Notes under the pieces: generated by a model
Seen by the model: only the letters and a program-made list of their open reading frames with translations
Told to the model about the DNA's origin: nothing
Database searches by the model: none
NCBI GenBank assembly: GCA_963851265.1
Contig: CAWKNZ010000012.1
Span: 1 to 64,000 of the forward strand
Source: an uncultured Gemmatimonadales bacterium
GTDB taxonomy: Bacteria > Gemmatimonadota > Gemmatimonadetes > Gemmatimonadales > Gemmatimonadaceae
Length of the DNA: 64,000 bases
Direction of reading: 5' to 3'
Position numbers and translations under genes: made by a program
Shown: one piece after another, positions 38,743 to 52,163 of the stretch
How positions within the stretch are numbered: position 1 is the first letter of the stretch
Layout of the letters: each line of letters starts with the position of its first letter

Positions 38743-41186
38743 CGTGGAACGGGGTTGGGAACGGGAACATGGCGCGCCGCGTCCGCCGCGCCGTCGGACA
38801 CGATGACCTCGGCCGCGGCGACCTCGGCCGCGGCGACGCGCGCCGCGCGACCACGCGCGTCGGCCAGCCGGGCGGCGGCCGCGCGCACGCCCACCGCGTG
38901 CCGCGCGACGCGCACGAGCGCCGCCCACGCGGGCACCTCCGGCACGCGCCGTTCCGCCGTCTCGAGCACGGCACGCGTGACCCCGCCCGAGTTCCCCAGC
39001 AGCGCCGCGAGCGCGGGGGGCAGTGAGGCCGGCGCCCGTTCTTCGCGCACCGCGGCCGCCGCGTCGGCGAGCACCGCGTCCACGTCCGCGCCGAGTGCCG
39101 CGAGGCGGTCGCGGCCGCCCGGAGCCGGGCCGAGCGCCGCGAGCGCCGTCGCGGCGCTGTTCACGCGCCGCACCCGCGCCAGCAGCGCGAGCGTCGCCTC
39201 CGCCCGCGCCCCGCGCCCGCCCGGCTCCGCCATGAAGCGGCCGAGCGCGTCCTCGCCCGCGGTTGCCGCGAGCCCCGCGCGGCGCCGCGCCGCGGCCACC
39301 GACTCGGGCGACGGCACCGCGGTCGCGCCGTCGGCGTCGGCCCCATCGTCCCCCACCGCGCGCGCCGCCCGCCGCGCCGCGAGCGCGGCGTAGGCCCGCG
39401 CCGCCTCGGCCGCCGCGGCCAGCGTCCCCGGCAGCGAACGCGCCTCCCACGTCGGCCACAGCACGAGACTCGCGACCACCGCCACCAGACCGCCCACCAC
39501 GGTGTCGGCCGCGCGCACCCCCGCGAGTGCCCAGTTGCCGGGCGCGGGCTGCGCGATGAGCACGAATACCGGGGTGAGGAAGAACGTGAACACGCCGTAG
39601 TGCACCGCCCGCAATGCCACCGCCGCCGCGGCGAGCGGGAACACCACGGCCGCGATCAGCCGCGGGTCACGCAATGCGGCCGCGAGCACCGCCGCGACCA
39701 CCCCGCCCAACACCGTCCCGAGCACGCGCGCCGTCGACCGCCGGAGCGTCATCCCGGCCGAGGGCTGGAGCACGATGAGCGTGGTGATCGTGAGCCACGG
39801 CCCGCGCGCGATGTGCAGCCCCGCGCCGAGCGCGTGCGCCCCCGCCGCCGCCGTCCCGACCCGGAGCGCGTGGCGCAGCGTCGGCGTGTCGACGTCGCCT
39901 AACGCGCGGCGCCAGCGCGCCAGCCCGCGCAGCCGCCGCGTCGCGGGCGCGGCGCGGCGCTCCCGCCGCCCGCGCGCCACCGCCCGCACCCCCGCCAGCA
40001 GCGTGTCTTCGCCACCGCTCGCGAGCGTCGCCGCCACCTCGGCCGCGCGCTCGACCTCGCCGGCAAGCTGCTCGACGAGTGCGGCCGCGTGCCCCAGGGC
40101 GTCGGACGCCCCGGCCACGACGGCAGCCTCCGCCTCGAGCGCGGCCAGCGCGGGCGGACGGCGCCCCGCCCGCGGCCCGGGCACGATCGCGAGTGCCAGC
40201 TCGTCGAGCGCCGCCGACGCCTGCCCCAGTGCGGCGCCCAGTGCGGCGCCCAGCGCGGCGCCGAGCGCGGCGGCCGCGCCGTTCGGCACGGGCGCGGCGT
40301 CGGCCACCTCCGCCGCTTCCGCGAGCACGAGCAGCGTGCCGAACACGAGGTCGGCGCCGTCGAGCAGCAGGGCGAGATCGTCGCCGCGCGGCGCGGCACC
40401 CAAGCGCCCGCGGCGCGTGGCGAGCAGCACCGAGCGCCCGGCCTCGATCACGGCACGCACCCGCGGGTGCTCGCGTCGGGCGAGCGCGGTGTAGCGGTCG
40501 GCCGCGGGCCCACCACCGCCGACCGCCGCGGCGATCTCGCCGGCGAAGTGCGCGAGTGCGTGGTAGGCGTCGGCCACCCCGTGCCGCGCCGCGCCGTACG
40601 GGCGCACCGGCCATATGGCGAGCGCGAGGAGCATCGTCCACAGCCCGCCGCCCGCGATCATCACCCCGCCGTGGATCGCGGCGTCCGCCTGCGCCGCGGG
40701 GCTCGCGAGCGCGGCCACGAAGGTGGCCGCAACGAGAATGCCGAGCGTCGTTCCCGCGTCGCCGAGCACGCGCAACAGCGCGGTGCCGGCCGCCCAGCAG
40801 AAGACGAGTGTGGCGACGACCAGGACGGCGGCCCACGTCGCGTCCGCCGCACGCAGCGCCACCGCCACCCCCGCGGCCCGCGCCCCCGCGGCGTAGGCGA
40901 CCCCGCCGAGCAGCACGTACGCGCCCATCGTGCGGGCGCGCGTGCGCGTGACGCCGCCGACGTCGGCCATCGCGGCAAACCACCCCCCCACGGCCGCCAG
41001 CACGTACCCGCGGTTGCCGGTCGTGTAGGCGAGCGCCAGCGGTGCGGCCGTGCCCGTGGCCGCGCGGAGGCCCGCGTGCACCGCCGTGAGGGTGACGTCG
41101 CGGCGGAGGCGCGCCGAGACCGCTCGCACCGAAGCACGCAACACCGGAGCGCGCCCCGGCCGGGGCACCCGCACGGGCGACGACAT
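38739..41186 (-). CDS. FUSC family (YccS/YhfK-like) membrane protein
   Basis: Two TM clusters, LAIWPVRPY, RHALR..W...T..VLQP..T..RS..RVLGTVLG, LWPTWE. Confidence 0.88.
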   Translation of the reverse strand: MSSPVRVPRPGRAPVLRASVRAVSARLRRDVTLTAVHAGLRAATGTAAPLALAYTTGNRGYVLAAVGGWFAAMADVGGVTRTRARTMGAYVLLGGVAYAAGARAAGVAVALRAADATWAAVLVVATLVFCWAAGTALLRVLGDAGTTLGILVAATFVAALASPAAQADAAIHGGVMIAGGGLWTMLLALAIWPVRPYGAARHGVADAYHALAHFAGEIAAAVGGGGPAADRYTALARREHPRVRAVIEAGRSVLLATRRGRLGAAPRGDDLALLLDGADLVFGTLLVLAEAAEVADAAPVPNGAAAALGAALGAALGAALGQASAALDELALAIVPGPRAGRRPPALAALEAEAAVVAGASDALGHAAALVEQLAGEVERAAEVAATLASGGEDTLLAGVRAVARGRRERRAAPATRRLRGLARWRRALGDVDTPTLRHALRVGTAAAGAHALGAGLHIARGPWLTITTLIVLQPSAGMTLRRSTARVLGTVLGGVVAAVLAAALRDPRLIAAVVFPLAAAAVALRAVHYGVFTFFLTPVFVLIAQPAPGNWALAGVRAADTVVGGLVAVVASLVLWPTWEARSLPGTLAAAAEAARAYAALAARRAARAVGDDGADADGATAVPSPESVAAARRRAGLAATAGEDALGRFMAEPGGRGARAEATLALLARVRRVNSAATALAALGPAPGGRDRLAALGADVDAVLADAAAAVREERAPASLPPALAALLGNSGGVTRAVLETAERRVPEVPAWAALVRVARHAVGVRAAAARLADARGRAARVAAAEVAAAEVIVSDGAADAARHVPVPNPVPR

Positions 41187-41201
41187 CGCGCCCGGCTTCC
41201 G

Positions 41202-41810
41202 CTAGTCGGGCCGGACGTCGAGGCCGAGCGCGGCGGCGATCGCGAGCGCCTGCTCGAAGGAGACGATCGCGCCCGAGAGGTCGACGTGCGCGGGTTCGAG
41301 GGCGCTGAGGTCGCTGCCCCGCAGGTCGCAGCGCGCCAGCGTCGCGCCCCGGAGCGCGGCACCCGACAGGTCGGCGTCGCGGATGGCCGCGCCGTCGCAG
41401 CGGGCGCCCGTCAGGTCCGCCTCACGCAGCCGGGTGCCGCGGAACGACGCGGTCCGCAGGTCCGCGCCCGACAGGCCGACGTGCGACCAGTTGCCCCCGA
41501 CCACCTTGAGCAGGTCGTACGTGCAGCGCTTGAACGAGCTCCCCACGAGTTTGCAGTCGGTGAAGCGCGCGTCGAAGAACGCGCAGCTCGCGAACGTGCA
41601 GTTGACGAACGCGGCGTCGGTGTGCGCCGAGCCGTTGAAGCGCGCGTTGCGGAAGGTGCAGTCGGTGAAGACCGCGCCCGCGTTGGTCACGTCGGTCAGG
41701 TCGAGGTCGACGAACGTGACACCGGTGTGCTGCTGCCCCGAGATGTCCTGTCCGTCCCAGTCGGCGCCCTCGACGGTCGTCGTGGGCACCGGCGCGCGGC
41801 GCGAACTCAA
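41202..41810 (-). CDS. Pentapeptide repeat protein (MfpA/Qnr-like)
   Basis: Continuous A(D/N)Lxx and xFxxC pentapeptides (FTDCTFRNARFNGS, ADLRTASFRGTRLREADL). Confidence 0.9.
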   Translation of the reverse strand: MSSRRAPVPTTTVEGADWDGQDISGQQHTGVTFVDLDLTDVTNAGAVFTDCTFRNARFNGSAHTDAAFVNCTFASCAFFDARFTDCKLVGSSFKRCTYDLLKVVGGNWSHVGLSGADLRTASFRGTRLREADLTGARCDGAAIRDADLSGAALRGATLARCDLRGSDLSALEPAHVDLSGAIVSFEQALAIAAALGLDVRPD

Positions 41811-42856
41811 GGGCCGGCGGCCGGGGGCGCGGGCTCGAGCGTGACGATGAGCCGCCCGCTCGTCGCGTCGAGGCGCATCCCTGCGACGCGGGTGCCCGGG
41901 ATCGCCACCGACAACTCGGCCTGCGCGGGCAGCTCGATTCGCTGGCCGGCGTACTCGAGGAGCGTTCCCGCCGACGGACGCGCGACCGGCACGACCTGCG
42001 GCACTCCCGGGGGCGCCACGGACGGGGGAACCGGCGCCACCGGCGCATCTGCTGCTCCGGCACCCGGGACCGGCACGGCGACGGCGAGCGGCGTGAGCGA
42101 CGCGGCATCGCCGGCGAGCACCGCGGGTGCCGAAGTTGGTGCCACGCCGACGAGCACGGCGTCAGCGAGAAGCAGCTGCTTCGCGCGCCCGGCCTGTGCC
42201 TGCTCCACCACCAGCCCGCGCTGCACGAGCGTGCGCGCGCCGCGCCGCGCCTGATCCTCGCTCAGGCCGAGTTGCTCCTGCACCACCGAGGCCGGGAGCG
42301 TGACCGGCGCACGCGGGTGCGCGAGGCGGTCGAGCAGCAGCCGAAAGAGCCCGATCGCGGCGAGCGCGCCCTCGCCGCGTCGGTCGAGCAGCTGGTCGGC
42401 CACCGTCCCCCACCGCACGGCGTACGCGAGCGGCGTGGGCGCGAGCAGCTCGTCCGAGAAGCGCGTGGTGCCCGCGTCGCTCCCGGCGCGCAGCACGTCG
42501 GCCACCCAGAGCGCACGCAGCGCTTCCTCGATCGCCGCCGCCGGCAGCGCGATCCGCGTGGTGAGGGCATCGACGTCCAGCGGAAGGTCGACGGCGGCCA
42601 GCGATCCGCCCCCTGCGTCGGGCAGCGCGAGCAGGTTGAGCGCGAACGCGACGACGCGCGCATTCCGCCGCAGGGTCGCGTCGCGCACCGGCAGCACCGG
42701 ATGGCCGGCGAGCCGCGACGCCACGAGCGCGTCCGACACGAGCCACGGCCGCTCGCGAACCACCTGCGGCGTCGCTGCGCCGGCCGCGGAGGACGATCCG
42801 GCGACCGGCGGCAACGCCCCGCCGACGACCCGGAGTGACGCGCGTCGCGCCGTCAT
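41807..42856 (-). CDS. Hypothetical protein with two predicted winged-helix motifs
   Basis: HTH-like segments LDVDALTTRIALPAAAIEEALRALWVADVL and SVVQEQLGLSEDQARRGARTLVQRGLV; 4-nt overlap with the pentapeptide gene. Confidence 0.6.
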   Translation of the reverse strand: MTARRASLRVVGGALPPVAGSSSAAGAATPQVVRERPWLVSDALVASRLAGHPVLPVRDATLRRNARVVAFALNLLALPDAGGGSLAAVDLPLDVDALTTRIALPAAAIEEALRALWVADVLRAGSDAGTTRFSDELLAPTPLAYAVRWGTVADQLLDRRGEGALAAIGLFRLLLDRLAHPRAPVTLPASVVQEQLGLSEDQARRGARTLVQRGLVVEQAQAGRAKQLLLADAVLVGVAPTSAPAVLAGDAASLTPLAVAVPVPGAGAADAPVAPVPPSVAPPGVPQVVPVARPSAGTLLEYAGQRIELPAQAELSVAIPGTRVAGMRLDATSGRLIVTLEPAPPAAGP

Positions 42857-42886
42857 ACGGACTCGGCGCCCCCTGGGCACAGCCAC

Positions 42887-43326
42887 GACGGTACGCGGAT
42901 CGGCACGGGAGCCAAGTTCGGGGGCGAGCACGCCAGATGTCAACACCTCGCGCTACCCCCCGCGCCCCCTCTCGCGCCTGCCTCGCCCCTCCCTGCCGCC
43001 ACTCGGCGTTCGAGAGGTGTGCAGGCACTGCGCGACGCCGCGGCCCGGACGGTATCCACGACCCGACGGACCCGCCGCGCCACCCCCAGCGTCAGGGCCG
43101 GGACGGTACGCAGTGCCGCCCGTTCCGCACCGCCTCCCTGCCGACGCGTCACGCGCAACCGCCTGTCGTACCGCGAGTTACACGACTCGCTGCCCGGCGA
43201 CGGTCCGAGCGGTAGCCGACCGGTGCGTACCGTCCCGGCCGGCGTCCCTCCGTGCCCGATCCGCGTACCGTCCGGGCCCAGGATGCGGACTGTCCACCCC
43301 CGCGTCGCGATGCGTCGCGTACCGCC
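42887..43326. repeat. Array of GACGGTACGC-type repeats in both orientations (iteron-like, candidate origin)
   Basis: Forward copies at 42887, 43048, 43102; reverse copies at 43166, 43225, 43263, 43317; perfect 17-bp inverted pair 43096-43112 / 43224-43240. Confidence 0.7.
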
Positions 43327-43607
43327 CCCGCCCCGTCGCAACGTGCGAACCTGCGGCATCTCAACCACTTGCCTGCTTTCTCCACATCCGGTTCGCTGCC
43401 GAACCCCTGCGTTGTGGTGGTGGATTTGTGTTTGAAGAGCGAAGCGAAAGAACCCCCCCGATCCGGTGCGCGGCTCGCGATCAGGACCAGCCGACCTGCA
43501 GTGCGGCCGGAGCGGTGGCGAGCCGAACCTTGAACCGCGTGGCCCCTTGCCTGCATTCACGAGGTCCTTGCCCGCCCGACGCCCCACGACGAGATTGGTC
43601 GCGATCC

Positions 43608-45407
43608 ATGACCCGCCCTGCTGCATCCTCCCCGTCCACCGCCGACGCGGTCCTCTGGACCGCGCTCGACCAGGGAGTTCGGGCGCTACCGCTCCCCGCG
43701 CCCGCGGGCCTCTGCGAACTGCCGCTCGCCCGGCTTTCGCGCTACGAGCCCAAGCCCGACCCCGCGACCGGCCGGCTGGCGGAAGAAGAGTGGCTGCATG
43801 TCCACCGCGTGCGCGCGCTCAGCGGCCAGTGGTTCGCCGTCCGTATCGCCGGTGATGCGGCGCTCGGCCTTCCCCGCGCCGGCGACTGGCCGGTCCTGAT
43901 GGCCGTCGTGCGCCTGTTCGACGAGGCCGGATGGGCGAGCAACACCCTCTCCGACGTCAGCATCCGCCGCCTCAACGCGACGATGGGCGTCACCGGCGGC
44001 GGGAAGATGATCCGCCGCGTCCGCGACGCCCTCCTCCGCTTCGCCCAGGTCCGCGTGCTGCTCGCGCCGATGGCGGCGACCGCCGACCCGGCCACCGCCC
44101 TCTCCGAACTGCTCGCGTCCGACGAGGCGAACGCGGCGTCCGCCGACGCCCCCGCCCCGGCCCTCTGGGCCCCCGCCGCGCTCGACCGCACGGCGGCCCG
44201 CGGAGCCCGCGCCCGCCGTGCCGGCGCCGACCCCGCGTCGGGCCCGGCGATGGGGCGTGGCACCGCGACCGGCGTGCTCGACGTGGCGTGGCGCGACGAC
44301 ACGCTCGACCGCATCACGCTCGCCGACGTCTGGCGTCCGCGGGCCGGCACCACGGCGACCACGTGGATGGACTACGAGCGCTACTTCGCGCTGGTCGATC
44401 CGGTCGCGCAGCGTCTCTACCAGCTCTACGCCGGCGCCGCCGCGCGCGGCGAGCCGCTCCCGTTCGAGCACGACCTCGAATGGCTCCGCTCCGCGCTCGG
44501 CCTCTCCCCGCGCTTCAAGCGCAGTCGGGTGCTCGAGTACCTCGCCGGAGCGACCGCCGAGCTGCGTGAGGCGGGCATCCTCGGCGACGTGCTCATCGAG
44601 CCGCCTGGGCGCGCCGCCGACCGCCTCGTCGCGATGCCGGGGCCGGTGCTCGAGGCCGCCCGCCTCTTCGCCGGGCTCTCGCTCGAAGTGCCGCGCGACG
44701 CGCGCGTGCAGCTCGCCGCGCTGCAGGCGTTAGGCGTCCACCGCGCCGAGGCCGAGCGGCTGCTGCGCGCCGACCCGGCGCAGGTGTACGAGGTGCTGTG
44801 CTACGTGCTCTACGCGCGCCGGCACGAGCCCGACGCCATCCGCGACCCGGGCGCGTACGTCCGCCGCGCGGTGACCGAGGGCTACCGCTTCGCGAAGCCC
44901 GGCTACCAGACGTGGCGCGCCGGCGTCCAGCGCCGCTCGCTCGACCTCGTGCGCGCCCGTGCCGACCGCCCCGGCGCTGACCGCCCCGGCGCCGACCGCC
45001 CGGTGCCGGCCGGAGCGTCCGCCGCCCCCGACGTGCCATCCCCGAGCGCGCCCGCATCCGTTCCAGCGCCCGAGCCCGCGGTTCCCGTCGCGCCGTCGCC
45101 GGCGGGCGCGGAGGCCGACGCGGCCGCCCTGTGGCGTGGCGTGGCCGACGAGGTGCGCCGGCGTGTGGGCCCGCGCGAGTTGCGGCTGCTCTGGGTCACG
45201 ACCCAGCTGCACCGCGTGGCCGGCGTCCGGCTCGAGGGGGCGGCGCTCGTCTGCGCCGTGCCCGACCTGGAGCTACGCGCCTGGGCCGCGAACGATGCGG
45301 GCCGCGCCCTGCTCGGCGACGCGGTCGCCGCGCTCACGGGCGGCAGCGTGACGCGCGTGATCGCCCGGGTGCCGGGCGACGTGGATCGGAGCGTCGACGA
45401 CGGCTGA
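43608..45407 (+). CDS. Putative plasmid/chromid replication initiator (Rep-like) with C-terminal DnaA-N-like region
   Basis: GLPRAGDWPVLMAVVRL..SIRRL..MG..GGK...RVRDALLRF and MDYERYFALVDPVAQRLY resemble RepA/TrfA-type initiators; IRDPGAYVRRAV; LW..V..W......LEG..L...VP tail. Confidence 0.6.
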   Translation: MTRPAASSPSTADAVLWTALDQGVRALPLPAPAGLCELPLARLSRYEPKPDPATGRLAEEEWLHVHRVRALSGQWFAVRIAGDAALGLPRAGDWPVLMAVVRLFDEAGWASNTLSDVSIRRLNATMGVTGGGKMIRRVRDALLRFAQVRVLLAPMAATADPATALSELLASDEANAASADAPAPALWAPAALDRTAARGARARRAGADPASGPAMGRGTATGVLDVAWRDDTLDRITLADVWRPRAGTTATTWMDYERYFALVDPVAQRLYQLYAGAAARGEPLPFEHDLEWLRSALGLSPRFKRSRVLEYLAGATAELREAGILGDVLIEPPGRAADRLVAMPGPVLEAARLFAGLSLEVPRDARVQLAALQALGVHRAEAERLLRADPAQVYEVLCYVLYARRHEPDAIRDPGAYVRRAVTEGYRFAKPGYQTWRAGVQRRSLDLVRARADRPGADRPGADRPVPAGASAAPDVPSPSAPASVPAPEPAVPVAPSPAGAEADAAALWRGVADEVRRRVGPRELRLLWVTTQLHRVAGVRLEGAALVCAVPDLELRAWAANDAGRALLGDAVAALTGGSVTRVIARVPGDVDRSVDDG

Positions 45408-45471
45408 CGCCGCCGTGTCGGCGCGCCGAGCGCGTGCGGCGGCAACTCCGCCGGGGACGTAGCTTTGCGCG

Positions 45472-46965
<1,494 letters not shown>

Positions 46966-46973
46966 CGTCACGC

Positions 46974-48044
46974 ATGCCCGCAACCGTCACCACCACCGCG
47001 TTCGGCGCCGCGCCCGACGGGCGCGCCGTCGCCCTCCACACGCTCGACGCCGGCCCCGTCCGGGTCGGCGTGACGCCGTACGGCGCCCACCTCACCTCCA
47101 TCGCGGTCCCCGACCGCGACGGCCGCCCCGCCGACGTCGCGCTCGGCTACGACGACCTCGCCGGCTACGTCGCCGACACCGCCTACTTCGGCGCGCTCGT
47201 CGGGCGGTACGCCAACCGCATCGCGCGCGGCCGCTTCACGCTCGACGGCGCCGCGTACACGCTCGCGATCAACAACCCGCCTAACGCGCTGCACGGCGGC
47301 GTGGTCGGCTTCAACCGCGTGCTGTGGGACGCCGAGCCCTTCACGGCGGGCGGCGCGGCGGGCGTGGTACTCCGGCACACGAGCCCGGCGGGCGACCAGG
47401 GGTACCCGGGCGCGCTCGACGTGCGCGTGACGTACACGGTCACCGCCGACGCGCTCGCGATCGACTACCACGCGGCGGCCGACGCGCCCACCCCGGTGAA
47501 CCTCACGCAGCACACGTACTGGAACCTCGCCGGCCACGCCGCGGGCTCGGTGCTGGAGCACGAGGTCACCCTCGGCGCGTCGCGCTTCACGCCGGTCGAC
47601 GACACGCTGATCCCGACCGGCGAGCTGCGGGGGGTGGCCGGCACCCCCTTCGACTTCCGGCGGCCGCACCCGATCGGCGCGCGCATCGACGCCGACGACG
47701 CGCAGCTCCGCGCCGGCGGGGGCTACGACCACAACTTCGTGGTCGACGCGCCGTCGCCCGGCGCGTTCGCCTTCGCGGCGCGCGTGTACGAGCCGCGCAG
47801 CGGGCGGGTCCTGGAAGTGCACACCACCGAGCCCGGCGTGCAGTTCTATTCGGGCAACATGATCCCCGACGGGCTCGCCGGAAAGGGCGGCGCGCGCTAC
47901 GCCCGGCGCGGCGGCTTCGCCCTCGAGACGCAGCACTACCCGGACTCGCCCAACGAGCCCGCGTTCCCGTCGACGATCGTCCGCCCGGGCGCGCCGTACG
48001 CCTCGCGGACCGTGTACCGCTTCTCGAGTCAGCCGGCGGGATGA
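46974..48044 (+). CDS. galM: Aldose 1-epimerase (galactose mutarotase)
   Basis: GRYANRIA, LHGG, GYPG, NLTQHTYWNL, GYDHNF, QFYSGN, LETQHYPDSPN. Confidence 0.93.
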   Translation: MPATVTTTAFGAAPDGRAVALHTLDAGPVRVGVTPYGAHLTSIAVPDRDGRPADVALGYDDLAGYVADTAYFGALVGRYANRIARGRFTLDGAAYTLAINNPPNALHGGVVGFNRVLWDAEPFTAGGAAGVVLRHTSPAGDQGYPGALDVRVTYTVTADALAIDYHAAADAPTPVNLTQHTYWNLAGHAAGSVLEHEVTLGASRFTPVDDTLIPTGELRGVAGTPFDFRRPHPIGARIDADDAQLRAGGGYDHNFVVDAPSPGAFAFAARVYEPRSGRVLEVHTTEPGVQFYSGNMIPDGLAGKGGARYARRGGFALETQHYPDSPNEPAFPSTIVRPGAPYASRTVYRFSSQPAG

Positions 48045-49717
48045 CCGCCGCCCTCGACGCCGACGTGATCGTCGTCGGCGCCGGGCTGGCGGGCCTCGTC
48101 GCGGCCGCGGAACTCGCCGACGCCGGGCGCCGCGTGCTCGTCGTCGAGCAGGAGGGCGAGCAGAGCCTCGGCGGGCAGGCGTTCTGGTCGTTGGGCGGCC
48201 TCTTCCTCGTCGACACGCCCGAGCAGCGCCGCCTGGGCATCCGCGACTCGCGCGAGCTGGCCGCGCAGGACTGGATGGGCACGGCGGGCTTCGACCGCCC
48301 CGAGGACCACTGGCCGCGTCGGTGGGCCGAGGCGTACCTCGACTTCGCGGCCGGCGAAAAGCGCGCGTGGCTGCGCGCGCAGGGCCTCCGCCTCTTTCCC
48401 GTCGTCGGCTGGGCCGAGCGCGGCGGCTACGGCGCGGTCGGCCACGGCAACTCGGTGCCCCGCTTCCACGTCACCTGGGGCACGGGCCCCGGCGTCGTCG
48501 AGCCGTTCGCGCGCCGGGCGCGGGCCCACGCGGCGCGCGGTCGCGTCCGCTTCGCGTTCCGCCACCGCGTCGACGCGATGGTCACCACCAACGGCGCGGT
48601 CGACGGCGTGCGCGGCGCCGTGCTCGCCCCGAGCCGCGTGCCCCGCGGCGTGACCAGCTCGCGCGAGGTCGCGGGCGAGTTCGCCTTCCGCGCGCAGGCC
48701 GTCGTGGTCGCCTCGGGCGGGATCGGAGGCGACCACGCGCTCGTGCGCCGCAACTGGCCCGAGCGCCTGGGCCCTCCGCCCACGCGCATGGTCGCGGGCG
48801 TGCCCGCGCACGTCGACGGGCGGATGATCGGCATCGCCGAGGCCGCGGGCGTGCGCGTCGTGAACTCCGACCGGATGTGGCACTACGTGGAGGGGCTCGA
48901 GAACTGGGACCCGATCTGGCCCAACCACGGGATCCGCGTCCTCCCGGGCCCGTCGTCGCTCTGGCTCGACGCCGAGGGGCGCCGCCTGCCGGTCCCGCTC
49001 TTCCCCGGCTTCGACACGCTCGGCACGCTGGCCCACCTGCGGCGCACCGGGCACGACTACTCGTGGTTCGTGCTCACGCAGTCCATCATCCGCAAGGAGT
49101 TCGCGCTCTCGGGCTCCGAGCAGAATCCCGACCTCACCGGGCGCTCGTGGCGGCAGGTCGCGCGCCGCGCCTACGGCGACGAGGCCCCGGGGCCGGTGGA
49201 GGCGTTCAAGCGACACGGGGCCGATTTCGTCGTCCGCCGCACGCTCGCGGAGCTGGTCGAGGGGATGAACGCGCTCGCCGCCGCCACGCCGGGCGCCCCG
49301 CGCATCGACCCCGCCGCAGTCGAGCGCGAGATCGTCGCCCGCGACCGCGAGCTGGCCAACCCGTTCGCCAAGGACCTGCAGATCACCGCGCTCCGCGGTG
49401 CGCGCGCCTACCTCGGCGACCGGCTCATTCGCACGGCGAGGCCACACCGACTGCTCGACCCGGCGCACGGGCCACTCATCGCGGTGCGCCTGCACGTGCT
49501 CACCCGCAAGACGCTCGGCGGTCTCGAAACCGACCTGCGCGGCCAGGCGCTCGCGCCCGACGGCTCGGCAATCCCCGGGCTCTTCGCCGCGGGCGAAGCG
49601 GCCGGATTCGGCGGCGGCGGGATGCACGGCTACCGGTCGCTCGAGGGGACCTTCCTCGGCGGGTGTCTCTTTTCGGGGCGCGTGGTCGGGCGCGAGCTCG
49701 CGCGCGCCGTCGCGTGA
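48041..49717 (+). CDS. FAD-binding dehydrogenase (KsdD-like family)
   Basis: VVGAGLAGL, LGGQAFWSLGGLF, GNSVPRFHVTWGTGPG, RKTLGGL, LEGTFLGGC. Confidence 0.92.
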   Translation: MTAALDADVIVVGAGLAGLVAAAELADAGRRVLVVEQEGEQSLGGQAFWSLGGLFLVDTPEQRRLGIRDSRELAAQDWMGTAGFDRPEDHWPRRWAEAYLDFAAGEKRAWLRAQGLRLFPVVGWAERGGYGAVGHGNSVPRFHVTWGTGPGVVEPFARRARAHAARGRVRFAFRHRVDAMVTTNGAVDGVRGAVLAPSRVPRGVTSSREVAGEFAFRAQAVVVASGGIGGDHALVRRNWPERLGPPPTRMVAGVPAHVDGRMIGIAEAAGVRVVNSDRMWHYVEGLENWDPIWPNHGIRVLPGPSSLWLDAEGRRLPVPLFPGFDTLGTLAHLRRTGHDYSWFVLTQSIIRKEFALSGSEQNPDLTGRSWRQVARRAYGDEAPGPVEAFKRHGADFVVRRTLAELVEGMNALAAATPGAPRIDPAAVEREIVARDRELANPFAKDLQITALRGARAYLGDRLIRTARPHRLLDPAHGPLIAVRLHVLTRKTLGGLETDLRGQALAPDGSAIPGLFAAGEAAGFGGGGMHGYRSLEGTFLGGCLFSGRVVGRELARAVA

Positions 49718-49981
49718 GTCCGGGACGGCCGCTCACGGCCGACCACGCCTTCCCTCGCGACGGTGCAGACTGCTACGCTCCGAATGCCGGAGCGCACGCG
49801 CGTTGTGCTGCCCCGGCCCACCATTCCGCACGTAGCAGGCTGCATCTGCGTCACATACTGTCATACAGTGGTTCCCGGTCGAATCGCGGCCGCGGCGCGC
49901 TCGCCGTCGTTCCGAGGCGAGTTGAGGGGCCCGACGCGGCCGGCGGCGTGCCCGCGCACGTGACGTGCACGTGACGCCGGC

Positions 49982-52108
<2,127 letters not shown>

Positions 52109-52163
52109 GCCGGCGGACGCTCCGTCGCGCGCGCTGCCTGCCCCGCCCTACGCGCACGTCGCG

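Noticed and set aside
42887..43326. CRISPR array
   Set aside because: Repeats are only 10-17 bp, irregularly spaced and in both orientations; no cas genes.
42300..43607. N-terminal 436 aa of the 1035-aa ORF
   Set aside because: Overlaps the opposite-strand gene and the repeat array; protein-like sequence begins at ATG 43608.
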